From Candidatus Krumholzibacteriia bacterium (GTDB lineage Bacteria; Krumholzibacteriota; Krumholzibacteriia; LZORAL124-64-63): a DNA stretch of 18,671 nucleotides. The notes under the pieces were generated by a model that was not told where the DNA came from, made no database searches, and saw only the letters and a list, made by a program, of their open reading frames with translations. The stretch is taken from positions 1 to 18,671 of the forward strand of contig JAWOID010000011.1 of NCBI GenBank assembly GCA_046484865.1, in the 5' to 3' direction. Below, piece by piece: positions 7,128 to 15,848 of this stretch. The position numbers were made by a program, and so were the translations under genes. Position 1 is the stretch's first letter. Each line of letters opens with the position of its first letter.

Positions 7128-8549
7128 TCAGCGCGGGGGTTCCTCCAGGATCTCGGCCTCGAAGGTCGCGAATGTGGCGCCGCTCCGCCAGCCGTCTCGC
7201 GGCAGTCCGGCCTTGAGGGCGAGGTGCTCGAGGGTGGTGGTCAGGTCCCACCCCTGCTCGGGTGCCACCTGGGGCAGGAAGACGGCTCGCAGCAGACCCT
7301 TGCGCAGCAGGATCCCGTGGCGGCCGAGGCGGATCTGGTCCGGCCCGGACACGTCGCGCAGCGGAGTGAGGGCGGAGATCTCCACGCGGATGTCGGCCAG
7401 TTCAGCGGGACGGACCGGCGCGAAGCGCGGGTCGGCGAGCGCGGCGCTGCGGGCGTTCTCGATCACGGCCTGCGCCAGGGGCTTCACCGGTTCGATGTAG
7501 CCGATGCACCCGCGCAGTTCTCCTCGCCTCGTGAGGGTGACGAACGCGCCGCGCTTCGCCAGCAGCGCCGGGGTGAGTTCCCCGCCCCCGGCGCGTGCCG
7601 CCTCCTGCGGGTCCGGCGGCTCGTCGCCGCGAACCGCCGCCTCCAGCGCGCGGCGAGCCAGCGCGAGCAGGGCGTCCGACTCGGCCCGGGTCAGACCCGG
7701 CGCCGTGAGCATGATGGCGGCATAGCTCACCGAGAGCGCGTGGTCGCCGTCGCGATCGCCGCTGCGCCGGTAGTCCAGCAACTCGGCCTCGTAGCCCGCC
7801 GGAGCGGGGCCGGAGATCGCCAGCGCCGCAGCGTCCAGGCCGCACATCGTGATGCCCGTCTCGCGGCCATAGGCGATCAGCCCCTCGGCATCGTGGCCGA
7901 GAACGCGCAGGATCGCGCCCGCGTCCAGCTGTTCCAGGCGATCGGCGATCTCGGTGCGGAAGGGCACGTACCCGTAGCTGTCGCCGTAATGGGTGAAGTC
8001 GGTGGAGACGACGACCAGGTCGTCGTCCCGGCGCAGTCGCTGCAGGGCCGCGGCGGCGGCCCGGCGCCGTTCCGCCGGCAGGGGAGGGACGAGCAGCGGC
8101 ACGAGCCGGAACCCCGGTGCGAGCGCCCGCTGGAGGAACGGGAGCTGGATCTCCACCGCGTGTTCGCGTTCGTGGGCGCGGTCGTCCACCGCGAAGGCGG
8201 GGTCCGCGGCCAGGTCCCGCACCGCATCCCGGTCCACCGGCACCTCTCCCAGCGGCGTGGCGAAGGCGGCGGCGCCGCTAAGAGCCACGCGGTCCAGGCG
8301 CACCCGGTGGCTCGGCGCCAGCACGAACACGCGTCCGAGCCGTTCACCCCGCAGCAGGCCGTAAACCCGGCCGGCCGTGGCGCCGCTGTACACGTAGCCC
8401 GCATGCGGCGCCACCACGAGGTGCGCGCGACCCTGCGGTCGCCGCTCCGGCTCGGCACCGGACAGGTAGCCGTCCACGGCGGCGGCGAGGTCCCGGCTCG
8501 GGCCCGGATACCAGGTTCCGCTGAGCACGGCGGGGCGCACGGTCGCCAT
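7128..8549 (-). CDS. amrB: AmmeMemoRadiSam system protein B-A fusion (MEMO1 domain + AMMECR1 domain)
   Basis: N-terminal VRPAVLSGTWYP, APHAGYVYSG, EHAVEIQLPFLQ, STDFTHY, TMCG (MEMO1). C-terminal GAFVTL, LRGCIG, DPRF, FLPQV (AMMECR1). GGAGG RBS just upstream of the ATG at 8549. Confidence 0.92.
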   Translation of the reverse strand: MATVRPAVLSGTWYPGPSRDLAAAVDGYLSGAEPERRPQGRAHLVVAPHAGYVYSGATAGRVYGLLRGERLGRVFVLAPSHRVRLDRVALSGAAAFATPLGEVPVDRDAVRDLAADPAFAVDDRAHEREHAVEIQLPFLQRALAPGFRLVPLLVPPLPAERRRAAAAALQRLRRDDDLVVVSTDFTHYGDSYGYVPFRTEIADRLEQLDAGAILRVLGHDAEGLIAYGRETGITMCGLDAAALAISGPAPAGYEAELLDYRRSGDRDGDHALSVSYAAIMLTAPGLTRAESDALLALARRALEAAVRGDEPPDPQEAARAGGGELTPALLAKRGAFVTLTRRGELRGCIGYIEPVKPLAQAVIENARSAALADPRFAPVRPAELADIRVEISALTPLRDVSGPDQIRLGRHGILLRKGLLRAVFLPQVAPEQGWDLTTTLEHLALKAGLPRDGWRSGATFATFEAEILEEPPR

Positions 8550-8738
8550 CGAGGACCTCCTGAACCGGTGGGGCAGCGCTGTGCGGGGCGGCCCGCGACG
8601 CGCGGCGGCATGCGCCCACGCTAACAAAGAGAGGAGCCGCCGGTCCAGTCGGGGCTTGCCTTGGGCGCGCAGACTCCGGATTATACCCGTCGAGTCATCA
8701 CCCCGGCGCACCGCCGGGTCACCGGGAAGGAGATCGAT

Positions 8739-9086
8739 GTGAAGATCACCAGGAAGCCCGAGGGCGACATCATGGTTCTGCACCTGTCCGGCAAGATCAT
8801 GGGCGGTCCGGACCACGAGCGGTTCCACGCCGAGGTCAAATCGCTCGTCGCCGAGGGTTACGTGGACATCCTGCTGAACATGTCCAAGGTCAACTGGATC
8901 AACTCCACCGGACTGGGCATCCTGGTCACCGCCTATCACACCGTGAAGAAGAACGATGGGCGCCTCAAGATCTGCTCCGTGAGCGAGCGCATCGACAACA
9001 TCCTCAACGTCACCCAGCTCAAGCTCGTATTCGAGACCCACGAGAGCTGCGAGGAAGCGCTGGCGTCGTTCGAGCAGGACAGCTAG
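8739..9086 (+). CDS. STAS-domain anti-sigma factor antagonist (RsbV/SpoIIAA-like)
   Basis: LLNMSKVNWINSTGLGILV with the phosphoacceptor-type Ser, GRLKICSV, 115 aa. AAGGAG RBS at 8727-8732 before the GTG at 8739. Confidence 0.92.
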   Translation: MKITRKPEGDIMVLHLSGKIMGGPDHERFHAEVKSLVAEGYVDILLNMSKVNWINSTGLGILVTAYHTVKKNDGRLKICSVSERIDNILNVTQLKLVFETHESCEEALASFEQDS

Positions 9087-9124
9087 CCCTTTTCCGGGCG
9101 AGCATCCGGCGCCGACGTGGATCG

Positions 9125-9176
9125 AGAGGCAGCTCGCGACGGGCCCGTCGTCGACGGCCCGCCGGGCTGCCTCTTT
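9125..9176 (+). terminator. Long GC-rich hairpin, possible terminator or attenuator between STAS and mrp
   Basis: AGAGGCAGCTCG (9125-9136) pairs with CGGGCTGCCTCT (9163-9174) with one G:U; inner CGGGC/GCCCG stem; only a short T run follows. Confidence 0.45.
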
Positions 9177-9235
9177 GCACGCGCGGGGTGCGGCGGTTAG
9201 CTTTCGGATGCCCTGCCCGGCGAAAGGAGAACAGC

Positions 9236-10318
9236 GTGGCTCACGATCTGACGCGAGAGGACGTCCTGAACGCCCTGCGCGAGGTCAAGGTACCGGGAAC
9301 CAAGGTGGACGTCGTCACCATCGAGCTCATCGGCGCCATCGAGATCCGCGGCGACGAGGTCACGGTGACGGTGGTGCGCACGTCGGAGAAGCAAGAGACC
9401 ATCGCCGCGGTGCAGGAGGCCGTCGCCGAACGGCTGAGCGAACTGCCCGGCGTGACATCGGTGAGCGTGGAGGTGGACGACCGCTCGGGCACGGCCCGGG
9501 AGCCGGCCGGTCCTCACGGCCAGTCGCCCGACCCGTTCGCCAACCGCAAGCCGTTGCCCGGCGTGGCCCGCGTGGTGGCCGTCGCCAGCGCCAAGGGCGG
9601 GGTGGGCAAGTCGTCGGTGGCGGTGAACCTCGCGCTGGCGCTGCGCGAGGCGGGACAGCGGGTGGGTCTGCTGGACGCCGATATCTACGGGCCGTCGGTG
9701 CCGACCATGCTCGGCATCCACGAGCCGCCGGAGGTCACCGAGGAGAAGAAGATCCAGCCGGTGCGCGTCCACGGCCTGCAAGTGGTGTCGATGGGCCTGC
9801 TGCTGCCGCCCACCCAGCCGGTGATCTGGCGCGGCCCGATGGTCTTCTCGGCGGTCCGGCAGTTCCTGCACGACGTGCTGTGGTCGGACCTCGACTACCT
9901 GGTGATCGACCTGCCGCCGGGCACCGGCGACGCGCAACTCACCGTGGTCCAGCAGGTGCCGCTGGCCGGCGTGGTCATGGTCACCACTCCGCAGGAGGTG
10001 GCGCTGACCGACGTGCGCCGCGGCGTGATGATGTTCCGCAGCGTGGACGTGCCGGTTCTCGGCGTGGTGGAGAACATGAGCTACTTCCGCTGTCCGGACA
10101 CCGGCAAGGAGTACGACATCTTCGGTCGCGGCGGCGGTCGCCAGGTGGCCGATCAGTTCGGCCTGCCGCTGCTGGCGGAGATCCCCATCGACCCGATCAT
10201 CCGCGAGGGCGGCGACGCGGGGCGGCCGGCTTTCCTGGTGGAAGGGAGCGCGGCGCGTGCCGCGTTCGCCGCGCTGGCCGAGCGCGTGCACGAACTGGCG
10301 GAGACTCCGGCCGGATAG
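9236..10318 (+). CDS. mrp: Mrp/ApbC/NBP35-family P-loop ATPase with an N-terminal DUF59-like domain
   Basis: ASAKGGVGKS deviant Walker A, DADIYGPS, VIWRGPM, DLPPGTGD, VTTPQ, VVENMS. AAAGGAG RBS before the GTG at 9236. Confidence 0.93.
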   Translation: MAHDLTREDVLNALREVKVPGTKVDVVTIELIGAIEIRGDEVTVTVVRTSEKQETIAAVQEAVAERLSELPGVTSVSVEVDDRSGTAREPAGPHGQSPDPFANRKPLPGVARVVAVASAKGGVGKSSVAVNLALALREAGQRVGLLDADIYGPSVPTMLGIHEPPEVTEEKKIQPVRVHGLQVVSMGLLLPPTQPVIWRGPMVFSAVRQFLHDVLWSDLDYLVIDLPPGTGDAQLTVVQQVPLAGVVMVTTPQEVALTDVRRGVMMFRSVDVPVLGVVENMSYFRCPDTGKEYDIFGRGGGRQVADQFGLPLLAEIPIDPIIREGGDAGRPAFLVEGSAARAAFAALAERVHELAETPAG

Positions 10319-10323
10319 TCGCG

Positions 10324-10362
10324 AGGGGCCGCAGCCGGCAGGCGCGCCGGCTGCGGCCCTTT
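10324..10362. terminator. Hairpin between the convergent mrp and sulfatase-like genes, probable terminator
   Basis: Perfect 14-bp stem GGGCCGCAGCCGGC (10326-10339) / GCCGGCTGCGGCCC (10346-10359), 6-nt loop, followed by TTT on the + strand. Confidence 0.7.
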
Positions 10363-10370
10363 CCGCGCCG

Positions 10371-11927
10371 TCACTCCCCGTAGCCCAGATCCCGCAACCG
10401 CTGCCGCACCTCGTCGGAGAGGTCGCGCCAGGATCCGCCCGCACCTCGGGTCTGAACGGCCGCCGCCTCGCGCCAGAGCGCGAGGTGCTCCAGGAGCGAC
10501 GCCGCCACCACGGGCTCGGCGGCGGCCCGGTCAGTCTTCTCGCCCGGATCGGTGTCCAGGTCGAAGAGCCCCAGAGGCTTGCCGCCACGTTGCGCCACGA
10601 GCTTCCAGCGACCGCGGCGCACTGCCACCAGATCGGGCCCGAACGCGATGGCCTCGGAGAGCAGCGTGCGCTCCGGGCCGACCGCCGTGGCCGTTCCGAG
10701 GGCGGGCTCGGGACGGGCCGCGGCCGCGGCCCGCGGCAGCGCCGCCGCTTCGCGCGTCAGCGATCGTCCCACCAGACCGTCCACCTGCTGCTGCGGCAAC
10801 GGCAGCGGGGCCACGCCGAGCCAGTCCACCAGTGTCGGGGCGAGATCGCAGAGCGACACCGGCGCGCGGTGGCGGACGCCCGCCGGTACGCCGGGCCCGA
10901 CCGCGAGCCAGGGGACATGGAGCAGCTCCTGGAAATGCGTGTGCCCGTGGCCGATCCCGTGCCAGGGGCGAGGGTCGTGCCGCCAGTGCAGCGACTCCTC
11001 CAGGTGGTCGAGGAATTCCTCGCCGTGGTCGGCGAAGACCGAGACCAGGGTCCGCTCCTGCAGGTTCCAGCGCTCGAGCTGTCGCCAGAGCCGGCCGAGC
11101 GCGCGGTCCACCGTGGCCACCGCCGCGTCGTAGACCGCCAGCTTGGCTCGCAGCAGGGACCGTTGCACGTCCGAGAGCGGCGGCCGCGCGCGGCCCAGGT
11201 GGGCCGGACCGCGGCCCCGCTGATCCTCGCCCCACCACGCCAGGCCCGCGAACGGAGCGTCGAGCCCGTCGCCGGCGGGCTGCCAGAAGCGTCCCAGCAG
11301 ATCCGGGGGCGGAGTGGTGGGCTCGTGGGGGTCGTTGAAGAGCGTGAAGACGAAGCAGGGGCGGTCGCCGTTCCGCCGCAGCCAGTCCAGGATGAGCGCC
11401 ACCAGGTCGTCGGCCGGCAGGTTGTGGTAGGCGTGCTCCTGGAACGACTCGGCGAGGCCGAAACCGAAGAACTGGTTGGAGTAGATGGCCGCGGTGCGAT
11501 AACCCAGCGTGGCCAGATGTTGCGCCAGGGTGGTCACGTCCTCCGGCAGCCGGTGCGGCGGCTGGGTGCTCATGTTGCGCACCGTGCCGTCGAGCAGGGC
11601 GCCGTGCAGCGACGGCGTGAGCCCGGTCAGAGCGCTGGAGAACGACGGCAGCGTCCAGGGAGCGGGGGCCATCACGTCGTCGAAGCAGGTTCCGAGAGCG
11701 GCCAGGGCGTCGAGGTGCGGCGAGGTGGCCCGCCGGTATCCCGCCAGACCCAAGTGATCGTACCGGAGCGTGTCCACGCCCATGAGCAACAGGTGCGGCG
11801 GACCGGAATGCCGCGCCGGACGACCGCTGCCCGCCGGATCCAGCAACCAGCGCCGCGAGCGCTCCAGGCGTCCCCGCCAGCGCTGCTTCCAAACCAGGCC
11901 GCGGAACGGATCGCGGATCATGGGCAT
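10371..11927 (-). CDS. Sulfatase-like hydrolase/transferase (alkaline phosphatase superfamily)
   Basis: VDTLRYDHLG, TSPHLD, APWTLPSFSSALTG, DPHEP, YDAAV, ADHGEEF, GHG, LCDLAPTL, FDLDTDPGEK and a C-terminal LRDLGY. Start could be 11927 or 11921. Confidence 0.88.
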   Translation of the reverse strand: MPMIRDPFRGLVWKQRWRGRLERSRRWLLDPAGSGRPARHSGPPHLLLMGVDTLRYDHLGLAGYRRATSPHLDALAALGTCFDDVMAPAPWTLPSFSSALTGLTPSLHGALLDGTVRNMSTQPPHRLPEDVTTLAQHLATLGYRTAAIYSNQFFGFGLAESFQEHAYHNLPADDLVALILDWLRRNGDRPCFVFTLFNDPHEPTTPPPDLLGRFWQPAGDGLDAPFAGLAWWGEDQRGRGPAHLGRARPPLSDVQRSLLRAKLAVYDAAVATVDRALGRLWRQLERWNLQERTLVSVFADHGEEFLDHLEESLHWRHDPRPWHGIGHGHTHFQELLHVPWLAVGPGVPAGVRHRAPVSLCDLAPTLVDWLGVAPLPLPQQQVDGLVGRSLTREAAALPRAAAAARPEPALGTATAVGPERTLLSEAIAFGPDLVAVRRGRWKLVAQRGGKPLGLFDLDTDPGEKTDRAAAEPVVAASLLEHLALWREAAAVQTRGAGGSWRDLSDEVRQRLRDLGYGE

Positions 11928-12048
11928 GCTCTCGGATGGGGCGGGCGGGAATTCGCGACGTCTTTCGTGCCTGCGCCCGATACACGGCCGGGCCGGCGCC
12001 GGTGACGACGCTGGACAGGTCCACCGACGGTCGTTAACGTAGCGCGTC

Positions 12049-12513
12049 GTGAGGCTCGTTGACTACACATCAGTTCACAGCTTCCTGCCCCGGCAGGACA
12101 GCCCCGATCTCACCGACGCGGTGAAGCGTCTGGTGGACTCGTTCGCGGCTGCCGGTGCGGTGCGCGAGCCCGCGCGTCTGCTGGAGGAGATCATGCGCCG
12201 CGAGCAGGAGGGCAGCACCGCCCTGGCAAGCGGCCTCGCCATCCCGCACGCCCGCGCCGACCTGGTGGATACGCTGCATCTCGGCGTGGCCACCCTGGCC
12301 CACCCGGTCGAGCCGGGGAACGAGACGCCGGCGCCCATCGACGTGGTCATCCTCATCGTGGGGCCCCGCGGCGACCCTCGCCACATGCTCCGCATCCTGG
12401 CGCGTCTGGCGCGGGTCGTGAAGCACGGCGCGCTCCTGCCGCGGTTGCGGGACTCCAGCACGCCCGAGGCCATGCGCGAGGCCCTTCTCGACGCCGAGGC
12501 AGCCCGCGCCTGA
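12049..12513 (+). CDS. PTS EIIA type-2 domain protein (PtsN/fructose-mannitol IIA-like)
   Basis: IMRREQEGSTALASGLAIPHAR with the conserved phosphorylatable His; HMLRILARLAR; 154 aa; standalone. Confidence 0.88.
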   Translation: MRLVDYTSVHSFLPRQDSPDLTDAVKRLVDSFAAAGAVREPARLLEEIMRREQEGSTALASGLAIPHARADLVDTLHLGVATLAHPVEPGNETPAPIDVVILIVGPRGDPRHMLRILARLARVVKHGALLPRLRDSSTPEAMREALLDAEAARA

Positions 12514-12625
12514 CCCGGGCCAGGCCCCGGCCGTTTTCCTGCCCCCCGCCCGATCACGCGCATCCCGGCCGTCGGACCGCCTCGTCGACGATCTCACAAG
12601 AGGTCTGACCACCTCGCGAAACGTC

Positions 12626-12654
12626 TTGATCCATCGGAAGCGGCAAGCTATGGT
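12626..12654 (+). promoter_or_regulatory. Putative sigma70 promoter for the LTD/PorV-like/HhH operon
   Basis: TTGATC (12626-12631), a 17-nt spacer, then TATGGT (12649-12654). Confidence 0.55.
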
Positions 12655-12870
12655 ACCCGGCGCGGTGCAGCGGCACGGGCGGATTCGGCGCTGCGGCTCC
12701 CAGCTGGAGGCGCGGCACCGGACCCGCCGACCGACGCGGCACCGGCGTGAATCGCCGGCACGCCGCGAACAGACGCGTGCACCGATCCGAGACCACCGCT
12801 GCCGCTTCCGGCTCCCGATCGCATACCCGTGGGATCGGGGCCGGGTTCCCGCCGAAGGGAGCGAGGTTCC

Positions 12871-14919
12871 ATGTTCCGTCTCCCCCGGAGAGCCTGCCGG
12901 TTCGCCCACGCCCGTCACCATGGGGTACGCGCGACCGGGCCGGCCGCTTGCATCCTGCTGGCCACGGCGGCCATCCTGATCACGGCCGCCGCGCCCCCGC
13001 TACTGGACCAGGCAACGGCCCAGACCCGTTCCCAGCCCGGGTTCGGCAGCCCGTACGTCCAGGTTGCGGAACCGGCCAAGCTGCTGTTCAGCGAGGTCAG
13101 CGTGCTCGGCAACCAGCAGGAGTACGTGGAGATCTACAACCCGAACTCCTTCCCCGTGGACATGTCCGACTACTACCTGACCGACGCCAACCACACCGGT
13201 TCGACCAGCAACTACTACTGGCGAATCACCGAGGGCAATCCCACCCAGGCCACGGTCGGGGGCGGCGCCTACTACGATTTCCACGCCCGCTTCCCGGACG
13301 GCTTCACCATTCCCGCCGGCGCGACCATCGTGGTGAGCGTCCCCGGCGCCGACGCGTTCTTCGGGCACTTCGGCTTCCTGCCCAGCCTGGAACTCTACGA
13401 CGCGGGCGGCTTGAGCGCGCAGGTACCCGATATGCGCGAGATCTTCCCGGGCAGCATCGACGGCGAGACCATGCCCACGTTCACCAACACCGGCGAGGGC
13501 GTCGTGCTCTATCACTGGGACGGCGAGAGCCCGCTGGTGACCGACATCGACGTCTTCTTCTGGGGTACCAGCACGGAGTACCGGTTCTCCAAGAACGGCG
13601 TGACGGTGCGCGGTGCCACCTACCAGCCGGAGACGACGGTCCCCAACCAGGAGCCGTTCGCCCAGGCGGCCTCCTTCGGCAACGCCTATACGCGCGTCGA
13701 TTTCACCGAGGGCGACCAGATCTCCTCCGGCAGCAACGGCGTGGACGGGCGCGACGAGCTGAGCGAGGCCTTCGAGGCCACCTTCAAGTTGCGGCCGTAC
13801 AACCCGGCGCCGCCTCCGTCGGGCGTCGCCAAGCTGCTGCTGACCGAGGTCGCCACCACCGGCGGCGGCAGGGAGTTCGTGGAGATCCACAACCCGAACG
13901 ACGAGCCGGTCGACCTCTCCGATTACTACCTCACCGACGCTGTCGACGTGACCGCCGGCCAGCTCTACTGGCAGGTCGCGGCAGGCACTCCGAGCCGGGC
14001 GACCATCGGCGGCGGCACCGACGCCGACTTCCACGCCCGCTTCCCGGCCGGATACACGGTCGGCGCGGGAGAGACGATCGTCGTGAGCATCGGCGGCGCC
14101 GGCGCCTTCGAGTCGGCGTACGGCTTCTTGCCTGCGCTCGCTCTGCACGGGGGCGACACCGCGGGCGAAGCGGTGCCCGACCTGCGCGAGGTCTTCCCGG
14201 GCAGCATCGTCGGCGACACCGAGCCCAGTCTCGATCAGGCCGGCGAGGTCGTCGTCCTCTACCACTGGAGCGGCGTCGGCGATCTGGTCACCGACGTGGA
14301 CGTGTTCTTCTGGGGGACCGAAACCAGTTACCGCTTCTCCAAGACGGGCGTCACGGTGGGCGGCTCCACCTACCTGCCGGAGACCGCGGTGGAGAACCAG
14401 CGACCGTTCGCGGCAGCACTGGCTGCCGGCCAGTCATACACCCGCGTCGACCTCGACGAGGGCGACCAGGTGGCCACCGGCAGCAACGGCGTGGACGGGC
14501 GCGACGAGTTGAGCGAGGATCTCGAGGCGACGTTCGCGATCCGGTCGGCCAACCCCGTGGCGCCGCCCGAGGTTGACGACGAGCGGGTCGCGCTGCGTGT
14601 TCCGACCGCCACCTTCGATGCCCGTAACGGCGAGGTCTTCCCGGTGGGCATCCGGACGATCGCGGGCGCGGCGACGCAGCTGCGGATCTTCGACCTGGAG
14701 GGGCGGCTCGTGATCACCCTGTTCGACAGCCGCTTCGACGACGACGCCGCCACCGAGCCCGACGTGCTGACGGAACTGCTCTGGGACGGCCGCGACAGCA
14801 CATTCGAACGCGTCCCTGCCGGCCTGTACATCGTGCACCTGTCGGTGGTCGACGTGCGCACCGGCGAGAAGACCACGAAGACCGCGCCGGCCGTGGTCGC
14901 CACCGACCTGGGCAACTGA
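12871..14919 (+). CDS. Secreted protein with two lamin-tail-like (LTD) repeats and a C-terminal FlgD-Ig/T9SS-CTD-like domain
   Basis: Signal-peptide-like region ending ATA|Q. Two copies of LL(F/L)(S/T)EV...E(Y/F)VEI(Y/H)NP...VD(M/L)SDYYLTD. C-terminal LRIFDLEGRLV...LLWDGRD...VPAGLYIVHL. Purine-rich RBS before the ATG at 12871. Confidence 0.8.
   Translation: MFRLPRRACRFAHARHHGVRATGPAACILLATAAILITAAAPPLLDQATAQTRSQPGFGSPYVQVAEPAKLLFSEVSVLGNQQEYVEIYNPNSFPVDMSDYYLTDANHTGSTSNYYWRITEGNPTQATVGGGAYYDFHARFPDGFTIPAGATIVVSVPGADAFFGHFGFLPSLELYDAGGLSAQVPDMREIFPGSIDGETMPTFTNTGEGVVLYHWDGESPLVTDIDVFFWGTSTEYRFSKNGVTVRGATYQPETTVPNQEPFAQAASFGNAYTRVDFTEGDQISSGSNGVDGRDELSEAFEATFKLRPYNPAPPPSGVAKLLLTEVATTGGGREFVEIHNPNDEPVDLSDYYLTDAVDVTAGQLYWQVAAGTPSRATIGGGTDADFHARFPAGYTVGAGETIVVSIGGAGAFESAYGFLPALALHGGDTAGEAVPDLREVFPGSIVGDTEPSLDQAGEVVVLYHWSGVGDLVTDVDVFFWGTETSYRFSKTGVTVGGSTYLPETAVENQRPFAAALAAGQSYTRVDLDEGDQVATGSNGVDGRDELSEDLEATFAIRSANPVAPPEVDDERVALRVPTATFDARNGEVFPVGIRTIAGAATQLRIFDLEGRLVITLFDSRFDDDAATEPDVLTELLWDGRDSTFERVPAGLYIVHLSVVDVRTGEKTTKTAPAVVATDLGN
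13075..14556 (+). repeat. Internal tandem duplication of a ~243-aa module (13075-13806 and 13828-14556)
   Basis: Colinear motifs (FHARFP, RE(I/V)FPGSI, VVLYHW, VTD(I/V)DVFFWGT, GSNGVDGRDELSE). An identical 32-bp stretch occurs at 13727-13758 and 14477-14508. Confidence 0.93.
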
Positions 14920-14933
14920 GCGGAGGACCAACG

Positions 14934-15848
14934 ATGACACGAGGGCTCGCAGGAGGGCTCCGGACGTTTCGCGTGGCCGCGTTGACGGCGCTGGCCCTCG
15001 CCGTCGCCAGCGCACCGGCGGGGGCGGTCTTCGAGAACGTGACGGTCAACCCCCGGGTGCGCGCCATGGGCGATGCGGGGGTGGCCGTCGCCGACCCGGC
15101 GTTCGCCGCCTACCAGAACCCGGCCGTCCTGGGCGCCACCGGCCACGGCGTCGCGGCCGCCAGCTACGTGCGCCCCTACAGCCTGGACTTCACCGACCTG
15201 CTCTACGCGGGCGGCGCGATCCCGCTGAACGAGCGGCTCGGCGCCATCGGGCTGGGGCTGCGGCACTTCGTCGTCGACTACCAGGGCGTGAACCTGCTGC
15301 AGGAGACGGCGATCACCGCCAGCCACGGCATCAACCTCTATCAGGACATCCACAGCACGGTGAACCTGGGCTACGCGGTGAACGTCTATCGCGTGGAGTT
15401 CGCCGAGACGGTCACCGGCGTCGATCCGGGCAACGACACCACCGTGGGGTTGGACGCGGCGCTGTACGTCACGCTGCACGAGCGCACGCGGCTGGGCATC
15501 CTGGCCAGGAACCTGAACACTCCCACGATCGGCCGCAACGAGGAAGAGCTTCAGCAGCGGCTCAATGCGGGCATCGCGTACGAGCCCTACGCCGGCGTGA
15601 TCACCACGTTCGAGATCGAGAACCAGCTCGGCGAAGACGTGCAGTATCACGGCGGCATGGAGGCCGAGATCGTGGCCGGCTTCCGGGTGCGCTCCGGCGT
15701 GATGACGGGCCCCAGCAAGCTGACGGGGGGCTTCGGCTACACGCGGGCCGGCTTCTCGGTGGATTACGGATTCTCCACCGGCGGCGGCACCCTCGACAGC
15801 ACGCACCAGTTCGGTCTGGCCTACAGCTTCGGTGGGGAGCAGCCGTGA
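14934..15848 (+). CDS. PorV/PorQ-like (FadL-related) outer-membrane beta-barrel
   Basis: Signal peptide, N-terminal plug-like motif RVRAMGDAGVA...AYQNPAVL, alternating beta-strand pattern, C-terminal STHQFGLAYSF. GGAGG RBS, 14 bp after the upstream stop. Confidence 0.75.
   Translation: MTRGLAGGLRTFRVAALTALALAVASAPAGAVFENVTVNPRVRAMGDAGVAVADPAFAAYQNPAVLGATGHGVAAASYVRPYSLDFTDLLYAGGAIPLNERLGAIGLGLRHFVVDYQGVNLLQETAITASHGINLYQDIHSTVNLGYAVNVYRVEFAETVTGVDPGNDTTVGLDAALYVTLHERTRLGILARNLNTPTIGRNEEELQQRLNAGIAYEPYAGVITTFEIENQLGEDVQYHGGMEAEIVAGFRVRSGVMTGPSKLTGGFGYTRAGFSVDYGFSTGGGTLDSTHQFGLAYSFGGEQP

Noticed and set aside
8656..8684. TTGCCT-N17-GATTAT as a promoter for the STAS gene
   Set aside because: Plausible, but the -10 match is too weak to report as a feature.
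3631..9041. Extended N-termini in the ORF track (PAP2 from 4096, SDR from 5499, GNAT from 5882, AmrB-A from 9041)
   Set aside because: The extensions overlap neighbouring genes; downstream starts with ATGA coupling, RBSs or family-consistent N-termini fit better.
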